Shown: positions 1 to 8,370 of the stretch, one piece after another
How positions within the stretch are numbered: the stretch's first letter is position 1
Layout: every line of letters begins with the position of its first letter
The notes under the pieces: generated by a model
Seen by the model: the letters and a program-made list of their open reading frames with translations, nothing else
The model's database searches: none
Told to the model about the DNA's origin: nothing
Source of the DNA: an uncultured virus (IMG/VR IMGVR_UViG_3300047552_000880)
Lineage: Duplodnaviria > Heunggongvirae > Uroviricota > Caudoviricetes
DNA: 64,000 nt
IMG/VR virus record: IMGVR_UViG_3300047552_000880
Coordinates: 1 to 64,000 of that record
Strand: one strand, 5' to 3'
Translations under genes and position numbers: made by a program

Positions 1-500
1 GTACCGAGAACGTGTGGAGCCAGACTCAGACCAATTGTGTTGCGACCTTCACCGGCGCTCGATGCAGTCTTTCCGTTTTGACCTGTCATCACCAGTTTGT
101 TTTTATCTACGTGACCGCCTTCTTTTGCCATGAAAGCGCGGAAATGCTTATACGACTCACGCGCCTTTGCAACACGTTCTTTGTCTGTCTCGTCATTATC
201 CAGCGCGGCATGGAAACCATCGCGAATACGGGCACGAATAGAAGCCGGTTTAGTACCTGCCTCTTTATGAGAGTCTTGATATGCCTGCTCTTTATCCAGA
301 CCACGGCGAACAATGGTTTCAGGATGAAATTCGTGCTTTGGTTCAGCGCCTTCAACTGACTCCAGCAATGACAAGAATGCTTCATGCAATTCTTTATCGT
401 CTTCATCTTCTGTCAGAGTAGGCGAAGACAGATGCCACAGAAAATTGTCAACAACAGAATTCTTGTCATTGCCTTCCAAATAATCTTTAAAACTACGCAT
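1..500 (-). CDS. Late protein, truncated at window edge; possible packaged internal protein
   Basis: Not in the ORF track. Manual translation from ATG at 500 (MRSFKDYLEGNDKNS...GRNTIGLSLAPHVLG) stays open to base 1. A TAAATA motif lies upstream at 531-536. The N-terminus resembles T4-type capsid-targeting leaders. Confidence 0.75.
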   Translation of the reverse strand, partial: MRSFKDYLEGNDKNSVVDNFLWHLSSPTLTEDEDDKELHEAFLSLLESVEGAEPKHEFHPETIVRRGLDKEQAYQDSHKEAGTKPASIRARIRDGFHAALDNDETDKERVAKARESYKHFRAFMAKEGGHVDKNKLVMTGQNGKTASSAGEGRNTIGLSLAPHVLG

Positions 501-529
501 TATTTTCCTTATATTAGGGTTGTATTGCT

Positions 530-787
530 TTATTTAATTCCGATGAACTCTCGTAATTCATTGACAGACATTCCGCCGACTTTACGAGCAACTTCATTAC
601 CAGAATCATCCAACTTAACCAAAGTTGGTACACCACGAACCCTAGCCTCTGCTGCCAGTTCTGGATTTTCGTCAATGTCGATATTCTGAATATTCAGATC
701 AGGGAATTCAGGCAAAACTGTATCAATTGTCTTTGATAGTGCCTTACATGGGGCACACCAAGTCGCAGCATATTTCACTAAAATCAT
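530..787 (-). CDS. Thioredoxin
   Basis: 85 aa with WCAPC active site and the cis-Pro motif VRGVPTL. Confidence 0.9.
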   Translation of the reverse strand: MILVKYAATWCAPCKALSKTIDTVLPEFPDLNIQNIDIDENPELAAEARVRGVPTLVKLDDSGNEVARKVGGMSVNELREFIGIK

Positions 788-933
788 TTTGTTTCCTTTT
801 TCTCACATTTACATTTATCACAATTCCCACAAGGAGTCTTTTCTTTCTTACCAAAGATAACATCCCAATTGTGGGCGTATTTCTGGTGATCCGTGGGGCG
901 CTGTTTATCACCTTTTCCTGCTTCACTTGCCAT
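784..933 (-). CDS. Small conserved phage protein (49 aa)
   Basis: Manual translation MASEAGKGDKQRPTDHQKYAHNWDVIFGKK...CGNCDKCKC. The GKGDK.RP.D...NWD.IFG pattern is common in phages. ATGA overlap with the thioredoxin gene. Confidence 0.7.
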   Translation of the reverse strand: MASEAGKGDKQRPTDHQKYAHNWDVIFGKKEKTPCGNCDKCKCEKKETK

Positions 934-1351
934 CGTTTTTCCTTAAAGACATGTATTTACCAACCTCATTCACAACTTCATTGTGTAACCTATATTCCCG
1001 ATCATATATCACCGAAGTAATACCTGCCTGAAACATATGAGTAGCACACCTCATACAAGGGCTATGGGTACAAACCATTGTTGCCCCTTCGACCGAGATA
1101 CCTCGCCTTGCTGCATGAAGTATTGCATTCATTTCGGCATGAATCACGGTATCCAGTGTAATCAACGAACCGTCTTCCTGTTCTGCCTCACAGACGTTGC
1201 TAGAACCGCGCATAGTGCCGTTTCTGCCAGTGGATATGATGTTACCCATACTATCAGCAATAACAGCGCCTACGCGCATTTTAGTGGCTTTTGACTTATT
1301 TGCTGCTGCCCATGCCACTTGCATCAGAAAATCTGTCTCAAACGCCATCAA
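923..1351 (-). CDS. cd: dCMP deaminase
   Basis: HAEMNAI and HSPCMRCA zinc-binding motifs; VGAVI...GRNG. Confidence 0.92.
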   Translation of the reverse strand: MMAFETDFLMQVAWAAANKSKATKMRVGAVIADSMGNIISTGRNGTMRGSSNVCEAEQEDGSLITLDTVIHAEMNAILHAARRGISVEGATMVCTHSPCMRCATHMFQAGITSVIYDREYRLHNEVVNEVGKYMSLRKNDGK

Positions 1352-1880
1352 ACAAATTCCTATCGATAATTGAATGAGAAACTTTATTCATCTGTTTTAA
1401 GGAAACGGGGTACTGAATGTTAATTGAACCCTCGGCTTCAGTTCCATGAGTAAGAACCGCTAGACCAAACTTACGAGCAATATGTCGCATAGCTGCGTTC
1501 TTACTCAGACAGACCATATAAATCTGTTTAATGTTTCTTTCGACCACGATCTGATAACCACGCGCAAAAAGAAACTGACCAAATTTCTGACCTCGGTACT
1601 CAGGCAGAGTAGTGAAAGCAAATTCCGCCACATCGCCACGAATGCTTACATGAAGTGTAGCAGCAATCTCGGATTCAACTTTGATTGCATACCACAGATC
1701 ATCATTAGTTCTTTCGCTTGCTGTATCAAATGTCTTATTGACATACTTGGTGATGTGTTCATCTTGCGCCGAATAACCAAAACGAAGATATCGGTCATCG
1801 GGAGTCAATTTAACGATGTGTTGTATCAGCCACTCTTTTGACTCAGGAAAGAGTCGAATCAGACTAAAATTTTCTATCAT
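1338..1880 (-). CDS. GNAT-family acetyltransferase
   Basis: DRYLRF; AEFAF...YRGQKFG acetyl-CoA motif A; NAAMRHIARKFG. Confidence 0.8.
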   Translation of the reverse strand: MIENFSLIRLFPESKEWLIQHIVKLTPDDRYLRFGYSAQDEHITKYVNKTFDTASERTNDDLWYAIKVESEIAATLHVSIRGDVAEFAFTTLPEYRGQKFGQFLFARGYQIVVERNIKQIYMVCLSKNAAMRHIARKFGLAVLTHGTEAEGSINIQYPVSLKQMNKVSHSIIDRNLFDGV

Positions 1881-2284
1881 GCTGTAATTGCCAAAACTTT
1901 CAGGCGTTTCACTGAAACATAGGATGTTGTGTTATCCGAGAAGCGCAGACGAGCAACGGTTTCTCGTGTGTCATAAAAAGACTGACCAACGAAATCGATC
2001 TTACCGGGTTCTTTGTATTTCCGGCTATTGATAATAATGGCAGTCTTACCAACACGAGGGATTGATGCCTCTTTAACACTGGCTTCGGACTCCAGCCATT
2101 CTTGATACATTCGCTTTACTGTGTCATCGGCATTGATGACTTCATGATACATTCCGCCAGCAAAGGCAGTTGACCCAATCATTTCTTCTTTGAACGATTT
2201 AGTGCCGGGAATCCAGTAGGTAGCATAAAAGTAGCTATCGTGGTAGCCGTTTGATTCACGTTCAGCGACACAGATGCGGTTCAT
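1877..2284 (-). CDS. Hypothetical phage protein
   Basis: ORF with GGAG RBS, downstream of the repeated promoter cassette. Confidence 0.7.
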   Translation of the reverse strand: MNRICVAERESNGYHDSYFYATYWIPGTKSFKEEMIGSTAFAGGMYHEVINADDTVKRMYQEWLESEASVKEASIPRVGKTAIIINSRKYKEPGKIDFVGQSFYDTRETVARLRFSDNTTSYVSVKRLKVLAITA

Positions 2285-2295
2285 AATTTTCTCCA

Positions 2296-2330
2296 TCAAG
2301 TTTTGTTGATGATGTTATTGTATCACAGAA
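2296..2330 (-). promoter_or_regulatory. 35-bp repeated promoter/leader cassette, copy 1
   Basis: Minus strand TTCTGTGATACAATAACATCATCAACAAAACTTGA, identical at 4961-4995 and 5446-5480; contains extended -10 TGnTACAAT. Confidence 0.8.
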
Positions 2331-2333
2331 AAA

Positions 2334-2729
2334 TCAATTCCATTCAATGGAGTCGATGTTTTCTTGAACATTTTTTGTTGGCGAACCATACCAAAGTTCA
2401 AGGTAGTGGCGAATTGCCTTGACTTTGGTTGAATAATAAGAATCCGAGTAGCAGTGATTGTTTTTCATTCGGATAGCCTCGATCAAAGCCGAGTGCAATT
2501 CAGCCTTTGTCATTCTTCGACTCTCGGATCGAGAAATGAAACTTGATTGATCCTTGAACCCAACGCGTTGGTAATCATTACCACCATCAATGAAAATCTC
2601 GCCGCAAGAACAATGAACCATATCGTGCCTATGTTTAGACACAATCACATCTTTGCATTTAGCGCACTCGGCAGCGTTCTTTGTGATTACATGAAAGTAA
2701 CCCGAGAAAACAGAGAATTCTTCTGACAT
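2334..2729 (-). CDS. Putative Zn-binding phage protein
   Basis: CAKC...SKHRHD..HCSCG..FIDGG.DY motif. Confidence 0.75.
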   Translation of the reverse strand: MSEEFSVFSGYFHVITKNAAECAKCKDVIVSKHRHDMVHCSCGEIFIDGGNDYQRVGFKDQSSFISRSESRRMTKAELHSALIEAIRMKNNHCYSDSYYSTKVKAIRHYLELWYGSPTKNVQENIDSIEWN

Positions 2730-2800
2730 TAGAACGTAGACATTGTTAGGTAGATTGTTAGGCTAAGGTAAGAAATTCCAAGAACTGTTTCAAGTATCAT
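2729..2800 (-). CDS. Small hydrophobic peptide (23 aa)
   Basis: MILETVLGISYLSLTIYLTMSTF; GGAG RBS; TAATG coupling to the next gene; promoter-like TGTGTTATCAT upstream. Confidence 0.5.
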   Translation of the reverse strand: MILETVLGISYLSLTIYLTMSTF

Positions 2801-2834
2801 TTTTGACTCCTGTTATTGCAATGATAACACAGAA

Positions 2835-3404
2835 TCAGGACAAATTTACTTTAGTAAGAATTTCTGCCTCATATTTTCTTTTTTTCTCGATGACACGATA
2901 TGCATAGGTGCCTGCACTACCGAGTGAGCCATTATATCTTAGTAGCGCCTCGGCTTCGCTTCGAGACTTCTGTAGGCAATCTTTGAGAATCCTTACTCCG
3001 ACTTCGATGTTTCTTTTTGGATCAAACAAAGAAGATGCCATCGTGACCTTATCTCGATGAAACGATGCAACGATCTGCATCAGACCAAGAGCGCCATTTG
3101 ATGACGCCTTGAAGTCGAATTTTGATTCCACTGCAATGACCGACAGGATCAAAATAGGATCGACCGAGTGTTTTATGGAAGCCTCCAGAATTGTGTTTGT
3201 ATACATTCTGGCAACCGATTCACTGGTGTTACCCTCTCTTTTGATGATTGTCTTGATTGCAGTATAAACAGCGCCCTCGTCTTCATATATTATCGTTCCG
3301 TTATTTCCGTTAATACGTTGCTCAAGAACAACCACAGCATAGAAACTAAATGATATGAAGACCGATATAGCAACTGTTATTAGTATCTGTTTTAATTTAT
3401 TCAT
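2835..3404 (-). CDS. SLT-family lytic transglycosylase with N-terminal membrane anchor
   Basis: VIAVESKF (catalytic Glu), GALGLMQI, ALLRYNG motifs; hydrophobic N-terminus. Confidence 0.88.
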   Translation of the reverse strand: MNKLKQILITVAISVFISFSFYAVVVLEQRINGNNGTIIYEDEGAVYTAIKTIIKREGNTSESVARMYTNTILEASIKHSVDPILILSVIAVESKFDFKASSNGALGLMQIVASFHRDKVTMASSLFDPKRNIEVGVRILKDCLQKSRSEAEALLRYNGSLGSAGTYAYRVIEKKRKYEAEILTKVNLS

Positions 3405-4023
3405 TACGTTTTTTTAAGTCCATAATAGCCAGATAGAGTTTGTAAAGTTTGTCGTTTTCGTGAACTACATCCATGTGCGGCTCTAAGTCTTTAATGACCT
3501 TCTTTGCTCCAGCAATATCTTGATCCATTCGACAAACAGCAAAATCTTCTAGCAATTTGCTGACATAAACGATTCTACTTTTTTTATTCTCTTTCACCAG
3601 CCGGTTGATATTGATTCTGGTCTTGATGTATTTCAGTCGGTTCAAGTATTTTTCCAGCGGTTCAATGGCACAAATGAAAATTTCGTTGGTTTGATTTTCG
3701 TAAGAGTAAACGATGTATAGTTCGTCACGAATCTCTTTATTTTTCTTATGAGAATATCCGGTTACATTTTCACGAACATACCGCGCCGCATCTTTAAATT
3801 GATTCTCGATATCGGAATAAGAGTCGTTGTCGCCTAAATCAAGCGTCCTACAAAAGATTTCTGTTCCTTCTTGTCGGCGAATGAAATTCATCACAGCAAT
3901 GTCAGAAATTTTAGAAGTTCGTTGATGGAAGGCGTATTCACATAACCCTTCACGATCAGCAACGATTTCTTTTCGCAGGGCGCGAATTTCTTGCAACATT
4001 TCTTTACGAGTCTGATAGTCCAT
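3397..4023 (-). CDS. Hypothetical protein
   Basis: Long ORF in operon; N-terminus resembles that of 5486..6139 (TRKEMLQEIRALR vs TRKKLLQEARELR). Confidence 0.7.
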   Translation of the reverse strand: MDYQTRKEMLQEIRALRKEIVADREGLCEYAFHQRTSKISDIAVMNFIRRQEGTEIFCRTLDLGDNDSYSDIENQFKDAARYVRENVTGYSHKKNKEIRDELYIVYSYENQTNEIFICAIEPLEKYLNRLKYIKTRININRLVKENKKSRIVYVSKLLEDFAVCRMDQDIAGAKKVIKDLEPHMDVVHENDKLYKLYLAIMDLKKRNE

Positions 4024-4024
4024 T

Positions 4025-4267
4025 TTAGTTCTCACTGTTCATAATAATTTCACAACTGTAGACGAGTTTAGCATCTACCTTTTCAATAATTTCTGCATCC
4101 TCACCACTCACATAACGCGGCTTGGGGATTATTGTAACACAATTATAAGGTTCAACGACACAAAAATTGCTGTCATAACGAAGAATCGCCAGATGTTCTG
4201 TTCCGTTTTGACTTGCGTACCAGTAAGTAGGTAATTGAGAGGATTTAATTTTTATTCGGTAAAGCAT
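4025..4267 (-). CDS. Hypothetical protein
   Basis: 80-aa ORF packed in operon. Confidence 0.6.
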   Translation of the reverse strand: MLYRIKIKSSQLPTYWYASQNGTEHLAILRYDSNFCVVEPYNCVTIIPKPRYVSGEDAEIIEKVDAKLVYSCEIIMNSEN

Positions 4268-4312
4268 CGAACTATTTAAATTAAACCCTATCGCACAAAA
4301 TCAGAGAGTCGG

Positions 4313-4762
4313 TTAATTGATTTCCTCAACGACACAGTTTACGACACGCTCGGCATCATCTTCATCGGGGAAGGTTTCAAATCGTGTCGCGTACTCATTG
4401 CAATCCGGGGCGTCGAATACTTTATTAGTATCCTCGAACCGAGATTCTTTGATGGTGTCAATGAAAATAATTGCATCCGCACCAACGATTTCTCTGGTTT
4501 CTTTGGTTGGTGCAACCATGTCAATGATAACAATATCGCGAGCTGAGTATAACGAGAATTCTCGCATTCTGCGTGCTTGTCGTAGGCGACCTGCATATGA
4601 GAAGTCCCAATCATTGTAAAACGAACGCATTTCATCTGCATTCATTTTTCCGATTGTATATGTTGTCATCTGTTTAAACTTGCGAACAAGTTTTTCGGAG
4701 AATGTTGTCTTCCCCGAACCCGGAAGACCCATAATGAGAATGGTATAAGGTTTCATGCGCAT
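4313..4762 (-). CDS. cysC: Adenylylsulfate (APS) kinase-like P-loop kinase
   Basis: MGLPGSGKTT P-loop; NADEMR...DWDFS..GRLRQARRM and FDAP match the APS-kinase layout (DGD.vR...GFS..dR; YE.P). Confidence 0.72.
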   Translation of the reverse strand: MRMKPYTILIMGLPGSGKTTFSEKLVRKFKQMTTYTIGKMNADEMRSFYNDWDFSYAGRLRQARRMREFSLYSARDIVIIDMVAPTKETREIVGADAIIFIDTIKESRFEDTNKVFDAPDCNEYATRFETFPDEDDAERVVNCVVEEIN

Positions 4763-4953
4763 CCTGCGTTGGAGTAAAACTTTTTATAAGGAGCGAACTT
4801 TAAACCTTTCACTCCGCCGTTCTGTTTCACCAGACGGTCTATTTCAACAGAACCGATCTGATACAAATCTTTTTTATCATAACCACAGGCTTCGACCAGA
4901 AACCGTGTTTTGATATTAACATCACGAACCAGAAAGTTACCGTAGTTTGTCAT
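4753..4953 (-). CDS. Hypothetical protein
   Basis: 66-aa ORF with GAGG RBS after the repeated promoter. Confidence 0.65.
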   Translation of the reverse strand: MTNYGNFLVRDVNIKTRFLVEACGYDKKDLYQIGSVEIDRLVKQNGGVKGLKFAPYKKFYSNAGCA

Positions 4954-4960
4954 AATCGCC

Positions 4961-4995
4961 TCAAGTTTTGTTGATGATGTTATTGTATCACAGAA
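4961..4995 (-). promoter_or_regulatory. 35-bp repeated promoter/leader cassette, copy 2
   Basis: Identical to 2296-2330. Confidence 0.8.
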
Positions 4996-5436
4996 TTAGA
5001 TCGTTGCGATCCAATCACGAACATTTTGAATTTCATCTGCAAATTTTTTATCGCGATCATCGACACGGTTGAAAGTGTCGTAAGCGTTATCATGTGCATC
5101 TTGAATTCGTTGCAGGAACTCGACAACAAACCCACGATGCGAATCAACAGTCGTTGTCAAAGAGAAACGAGAAATGATTTTAGACAAGTGTTTACGATTA
5201 GCTTCACTGGAGATTGTGGTGTATTGGATTCCCTTCAGTTCATCTGGTTTCAGGAGCAATCCAATTGCACAACGCTTTCCACCATAAGAATAGCAGGCTC
5301 CTGATGCGGGATGACTGCACCCACCACCTTGTTTCTCTATTCGCCCTACAACTACATCAACCACATCAAGCATACGCTCACGAATGTAGTAACTTGCCTT
5401 ATGAATGCGATTCAGTTTTACAGCGGCTCTGTTCAT
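4996..5436 (-). CDS. Hypothetical phage protein
   Basis: C.Y...G.RCAIG.L...LQ.IQDAHD pattern seen in phage early proteins. Confidence 0.7.
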   Translation of the reverse strand: MNRAAVKLNRIHKASYYIRERMLDVVDVVVGRIEKQGGGCSHPASGACYSYGGKRCAIGLLLKPDELKGIQYTTISSEANRKHLSKIISRFSLTTTVDSHRGFVVEFLQRIQDAHDNAYDTFNRVDDRDKKFADEIQNVRDWIATI

Positions 5437-5445
5437 ATAAACACC

Positions 5446-5480
5446 TCAAGTTTTGTTGATGATGTTATTGTATCACAGAA
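5446..5480 (-). promoter_or_regulatory. 35-bp repeated promoter/leader cassette, copy 3
   Basis: Identical to 2296-2330; followed by GAGGTG RBS. Confidence 0.8.
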
Positions 5481-5485
5481 ATCTT

Positions 5486-6139
5486 TTATGTAGATTTTTC
5501 AAGAAACTTTTTTGCTTGTGCAATCATTTCCAGTTCATTGTACTCACCATTATGATCATTATGGAAAGCGTTGACGATTGCACTCAACTGGTCAAGACAT
5601 TCCCCGATGGCATAACCATCGAGACTGTTGTGACGCGCTACATAAAGTTTATTCAACACATCATTGGTGTACTCGGTTCGTTTGACCTCAAGTTCCTGCC
5701 GCATATTTTTGATGAGTCCATCATAAAAATTTCGTAGTCTATTACAGTAGTGTTGGAGAGTTTCTTTTTCGTAGATACAAATGTTTATCTCGGCGCAAGT
5801 AAAACCATCAGAACCATGATCAACACATGGATTCAAAATAATTCGACTGATCAAAAATTCGCGTGAATAATCTTTATAAAGAGGCTCCTGAAGTAAATCA
5901 TTCACTAGACGCTCGATCAAATTGTTCAGGCTCGGCAGTGATATTTCTGTTGGAACTACATCAAGTGTATGTAAATATTTTTCTCGATAGAGCAATACGG
6001 GTAATCCAGTACATTGTGATAGATAGTATTCCGAACAGTTCGGAGTAATTATTTTGTGCGTTTCTCGTGGGTAACGAAAGAACACACTACGTAATTCACG
6101 GGCTTCCTGAAGAAGTTTCTTTCTTGTTTCACGTTCCAT
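5486..6139 (-). CDS. Hypothetical protein
   Basis: Long ORF in operon. Confidence 0.7.
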   Translation of the reverse strand: MERETRKKLLQEARELRSVFFRYPRETHKIITPNCSEYYLSQCTGLPVLLYREKYLHTLDVVPTEISLPSLNNLIERLVNDLLQEPLYKDYSREFLISRIILNPCVDHGSDGFTCAEINICIYEKETLQHYCNRLRNFYDGLIKNMRQELEVKRTEYTNDVLNKLYVARHNSLDGYAIGECLDQLSAIVNAFHNDHNGEYNELEMIAQAKKFLEKST

Positions 6140-6141
6140 AA

Positions 6142-6888
6142 TTAAGTCCACAGGTAAGAACGATACTTGACGATGTTGGTCAAATGTTTGGTTTCCTTCT
6201 TTTTGAAGGCTTCTTCAAACTTACGAATTCTAGTATAGATCGAATGGACTACATCATCACTAGCCCCGGTCACTTCATCATACATCGCATCTAAGTTAGT
6301 AGGAAAATCTTTCCACTCTGTTTTCGCAAAATGGTATGCAGCAATGATTGCAGCATATGCCTTCTTTCCGTTGGCATCACAATAATCATGCTGGTACTGA
6401 AGCCATTCAAGACCAATCTCTCCACGACTCTGTAAGTTGTCATTTCGTGGAAATAATTTTCGCGTGAAATAGGATTGCTTATTGTAATCCTTGAAACGTA
6501 CATCATCTTTATGACAAATCGCCATCATGTGATAGCACTGGTCTTCCACAAAATTGATCAACTCAAACATCAACCCATCTTCGATCTTTGCATCGACCTC
6601 ACACCATTCACCGCGCTTTTTTCGAGTGACCATTACGTGGCGCGAATTCTTCCAGTTAGAAAGATAGTAGATGGCAGAACTAATCTTTTCTGGAATGAAA
6701 TATACCAGCGACTGGAGACTATCTAGACCATCCAAGGCAGTAGTAACGATTCTACGCTTAGTGGTAGATTTTTCATCAATGTGCCATTGATTCCACTGTT
6801 CAATATTTGCAGCAACAGGGTGTCGAGGGATATCAAATGTATCCCTAACAAAATTAGCAAAATTAGATAGGCTCCAATACTCACGCAT
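6142..6888 (-). CDS. Conserved hypothetical phage protein
   Basis: 248 aa; GEW...D...LMFELINFVE and C-terminal L..IVKYRSYLWT pattern typical of large phages. Confidence 0.75.
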   Translation of the reverse strand: MREYWSLSNFANFVRDTFDIPRHPVAANIEQWNQWHIDEKSTTKRRIVTTALDGLDSLQSLVYFIPEKISSAIYYLSNWKNSRHVMVTRKKRGEWCEVDAKIEDGLMFELINFVEDQCYHMMAICHKDDVRFKDYNKQSYFTRKLFPRNDNLQSRGEIGLEWLQYQHDYCDANGKKAYAAIIAAYHFAKTEWKDFPTNLDAMYDEVTGASDDVVHSIYTRIRKFEEAFKKKETKHLTNIVKYRSYLWT

Positions 6889-6890
6889 GA

Positions 6891-7136
6891 TTATTTCCTA
6901 TAGCGACGAACTTCTTGTGTGAAGTTAACAATCCAATCAAAAACAGTTAGCACCCAATAAGAGATGACAATGATGGCAGCAAAGAAATTGATCGGAGGAA
7001 TAAAGATCATGAAGGCAGATTCCTTCACATCATGTAAAGAAAACGGCTGTCTAAAATTAAAAACTTGAGTCACTGCCACCAGAGCGAATACAACAATGAC
7101 AGAAAGAAAATAGAACCAGATAAAAAAATCAAACAT
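6891..7136 (-). CDS. Small membrane protein
   Basis: Two hydrophobic segments. Confidence 0.65.
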   Translation of the reverse strand: MFDFFIWFYFLSVIVVFALVAVTQVFNFRQPFSLHDVKESAFMIFIPPINFFAAIIVISYWVLTVFDWIVNFTQEVRRYRK

Positions 7137-7965
7137 TGGTGTTCCTCATAAAAGTGTTTCTTAGTTTATTCGTGTTGGCGCGAGTATATCGCTGATAAGT
7201 TATAGGGAATTTCTTTTCCAATGGTTCGACATAACAATTATACTCGATTGCAGTTTCTTCTGCAATTTCTCGAAATGTCTTTGTCATTCCTGAGCCAACA
7301 TTATAGACACCCGATTTGTAACGCATCAACCGATCTATATAGTATAACACACGATCAATGGAAATGAAGTCTCGTCTTGCTTCTTCCTTTGAATTTTTTG
7401 CAACAAACAATGTAATTTTTCCTTCTTTCATTGCTTGTTTTCTGAACGAATAATGAGGGCTTGGTTGGTCTTTATGTGACTCGGTTTCGCCTTTTTCACT
7501 ATAGACATTGAAGAAGCGCATTCCTATGGCAGTGATACCAGAATCAATCAACCTCTGTGCATCTACCTCATTCATTGCCTTTGATATGGCGTAGGGAGCG
7601 AGTTTGGTGTACGGTATTGGATCGGTTTCCTCGAACGGTCTGCTTGTCTCTGGATTACCATAAACCGCTGCACTACTCGCATATAGCACTCGCTTCACCC
7701 TGTATTTGATGCAAAGCGAAAACAGACACTCGGTCATGGCAATATTGTACATCTGCACTTCTTCCATCGATGCATTGGTGTTGCTAATTGCACCAAGATG
7801 TATAACTGTTTCTATTTCATGATTTTGAAACGTATCAACCAAATCATAGTATGAGTGCGTTTTAACATCATAGAGGTGAATAATATAGGAAGGATTGTTG
7901 ACCCAATAGTTGACTAAGTTCTGTCCTATAAATCCACTTGAACCTGTGATTAGGATGTGATGCAT
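7129..7965 (-). CDS. hldD: NAD-dependent epimerase, ADP-L-glycero-D-manno-heptose-6-epimerase-like
   Basis: ITGSSGFIG; HLGAISNT; YASSAAVYG; YAISK; MRFFNVY; RDFI; YNVGSG; YQRYTRAN all mirror HldD/RfaD motifs. Confidence 0.8.
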   Translation of the reverse strand: MHHILITGSSGFIGQNLVNYWVNNPSYIIHLYDVKTHSYYDLVDTFQNHEIETVIHLGAISNTNASMEEVQMYNIAMTECLFSLCIKYRVKRVLYASSAAVYGNPETSRPFEETDPIPYTKLAPYAISKAMNEVDAQRLIDSGITAIGMRFFNVYSEKGETESHKDQPSPHYSFRKQAMKEGKITLFVAKNSKEEARRDFISIDRVLYYIDRLMRYKSGVYNVGSGMTKTFREIAEETAIEYNCYVEPLEKKFPITYQRYTRANTNKLRNTFMRNTNV

Positions 7966-8011
7966 TTAAACGCCTTATAAACGATTATTTCTTATTCTGA
8001 TACCTACACAT

Positions 8012-8053
8012 TAAAAAGCCGTTAAACCGCCTCAAAAACGGTTTTAACGGCTT
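8012..8053 (-). terminator. Intrinsic terminator-like hairpin
   Basis: Inverted repeat AAGCCGTTAAACCG / CGGTTTTAACGGCTT followed by a T-run on the minus strand. Confidence 0.6.
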
Positions 8054-8063
8054 CTAGAGGCAT

Positions 8064-8360
8064 TTACGCTTCTTCTGTTTGCTCATTCAGCAATTGTTGC
8101 TGACTAGCTTGCCTTGCCATGTCAAATCCACCGCTTTGCTCGAAATTCAGCAACTCAATCAAGCCACCATTCAGATTGTTGAAGGTTTCTTCATCGATGT
8201 AGTTGTTGACAACATCACCATTTTCGTAACGAATGAATAGAACCGCAAACTTTTCGGCATCCGGTTCGGCTTCATCAACAAGAGTAAGCTGGAAAGTCGA
8301 AACTTTGTCCAGATTGAGAAACATGGCTTTTTTGGTATTAAGATTAAGACGTACAAACAT
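8064..8360 (-). CDS. Hypothetical acidic protein
   Basis: ORF with AAGGA RBS before MFVRL. Confidence 0.7.
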   Translation of the reverse strand: MFVRLNLNTKKAMFLNLDKVSTFQLTLVDEAEPDAEKFAVLFIRYENGDVVNNYIDEETFNNLNGGLIELLNFEQSGGFDMARQASQQQLLNEQTEEA

Positions 8361-8370
8361 TATTTTCCTT

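Noticed and set aside
12..689. Plus-strand ORFs 12..359 and 384..689, and similar antisense ORFs across the window
   Set aside because: They are shadows of well-supported genes on the opposite strand and have no recognisable motifs
744..926. Track ORF MKQEKVINSAP...
   Set aside because: The alternative frame 784..933 has a recognisable phage motif and clean ATGA coupling
2296..5480. CRISPR array suggested by identical 35-bp repeats
   Set aside because: Repeats are separated by whole genes (about 450 and 2600 bp), contain a -10 element, and no cas genes are present
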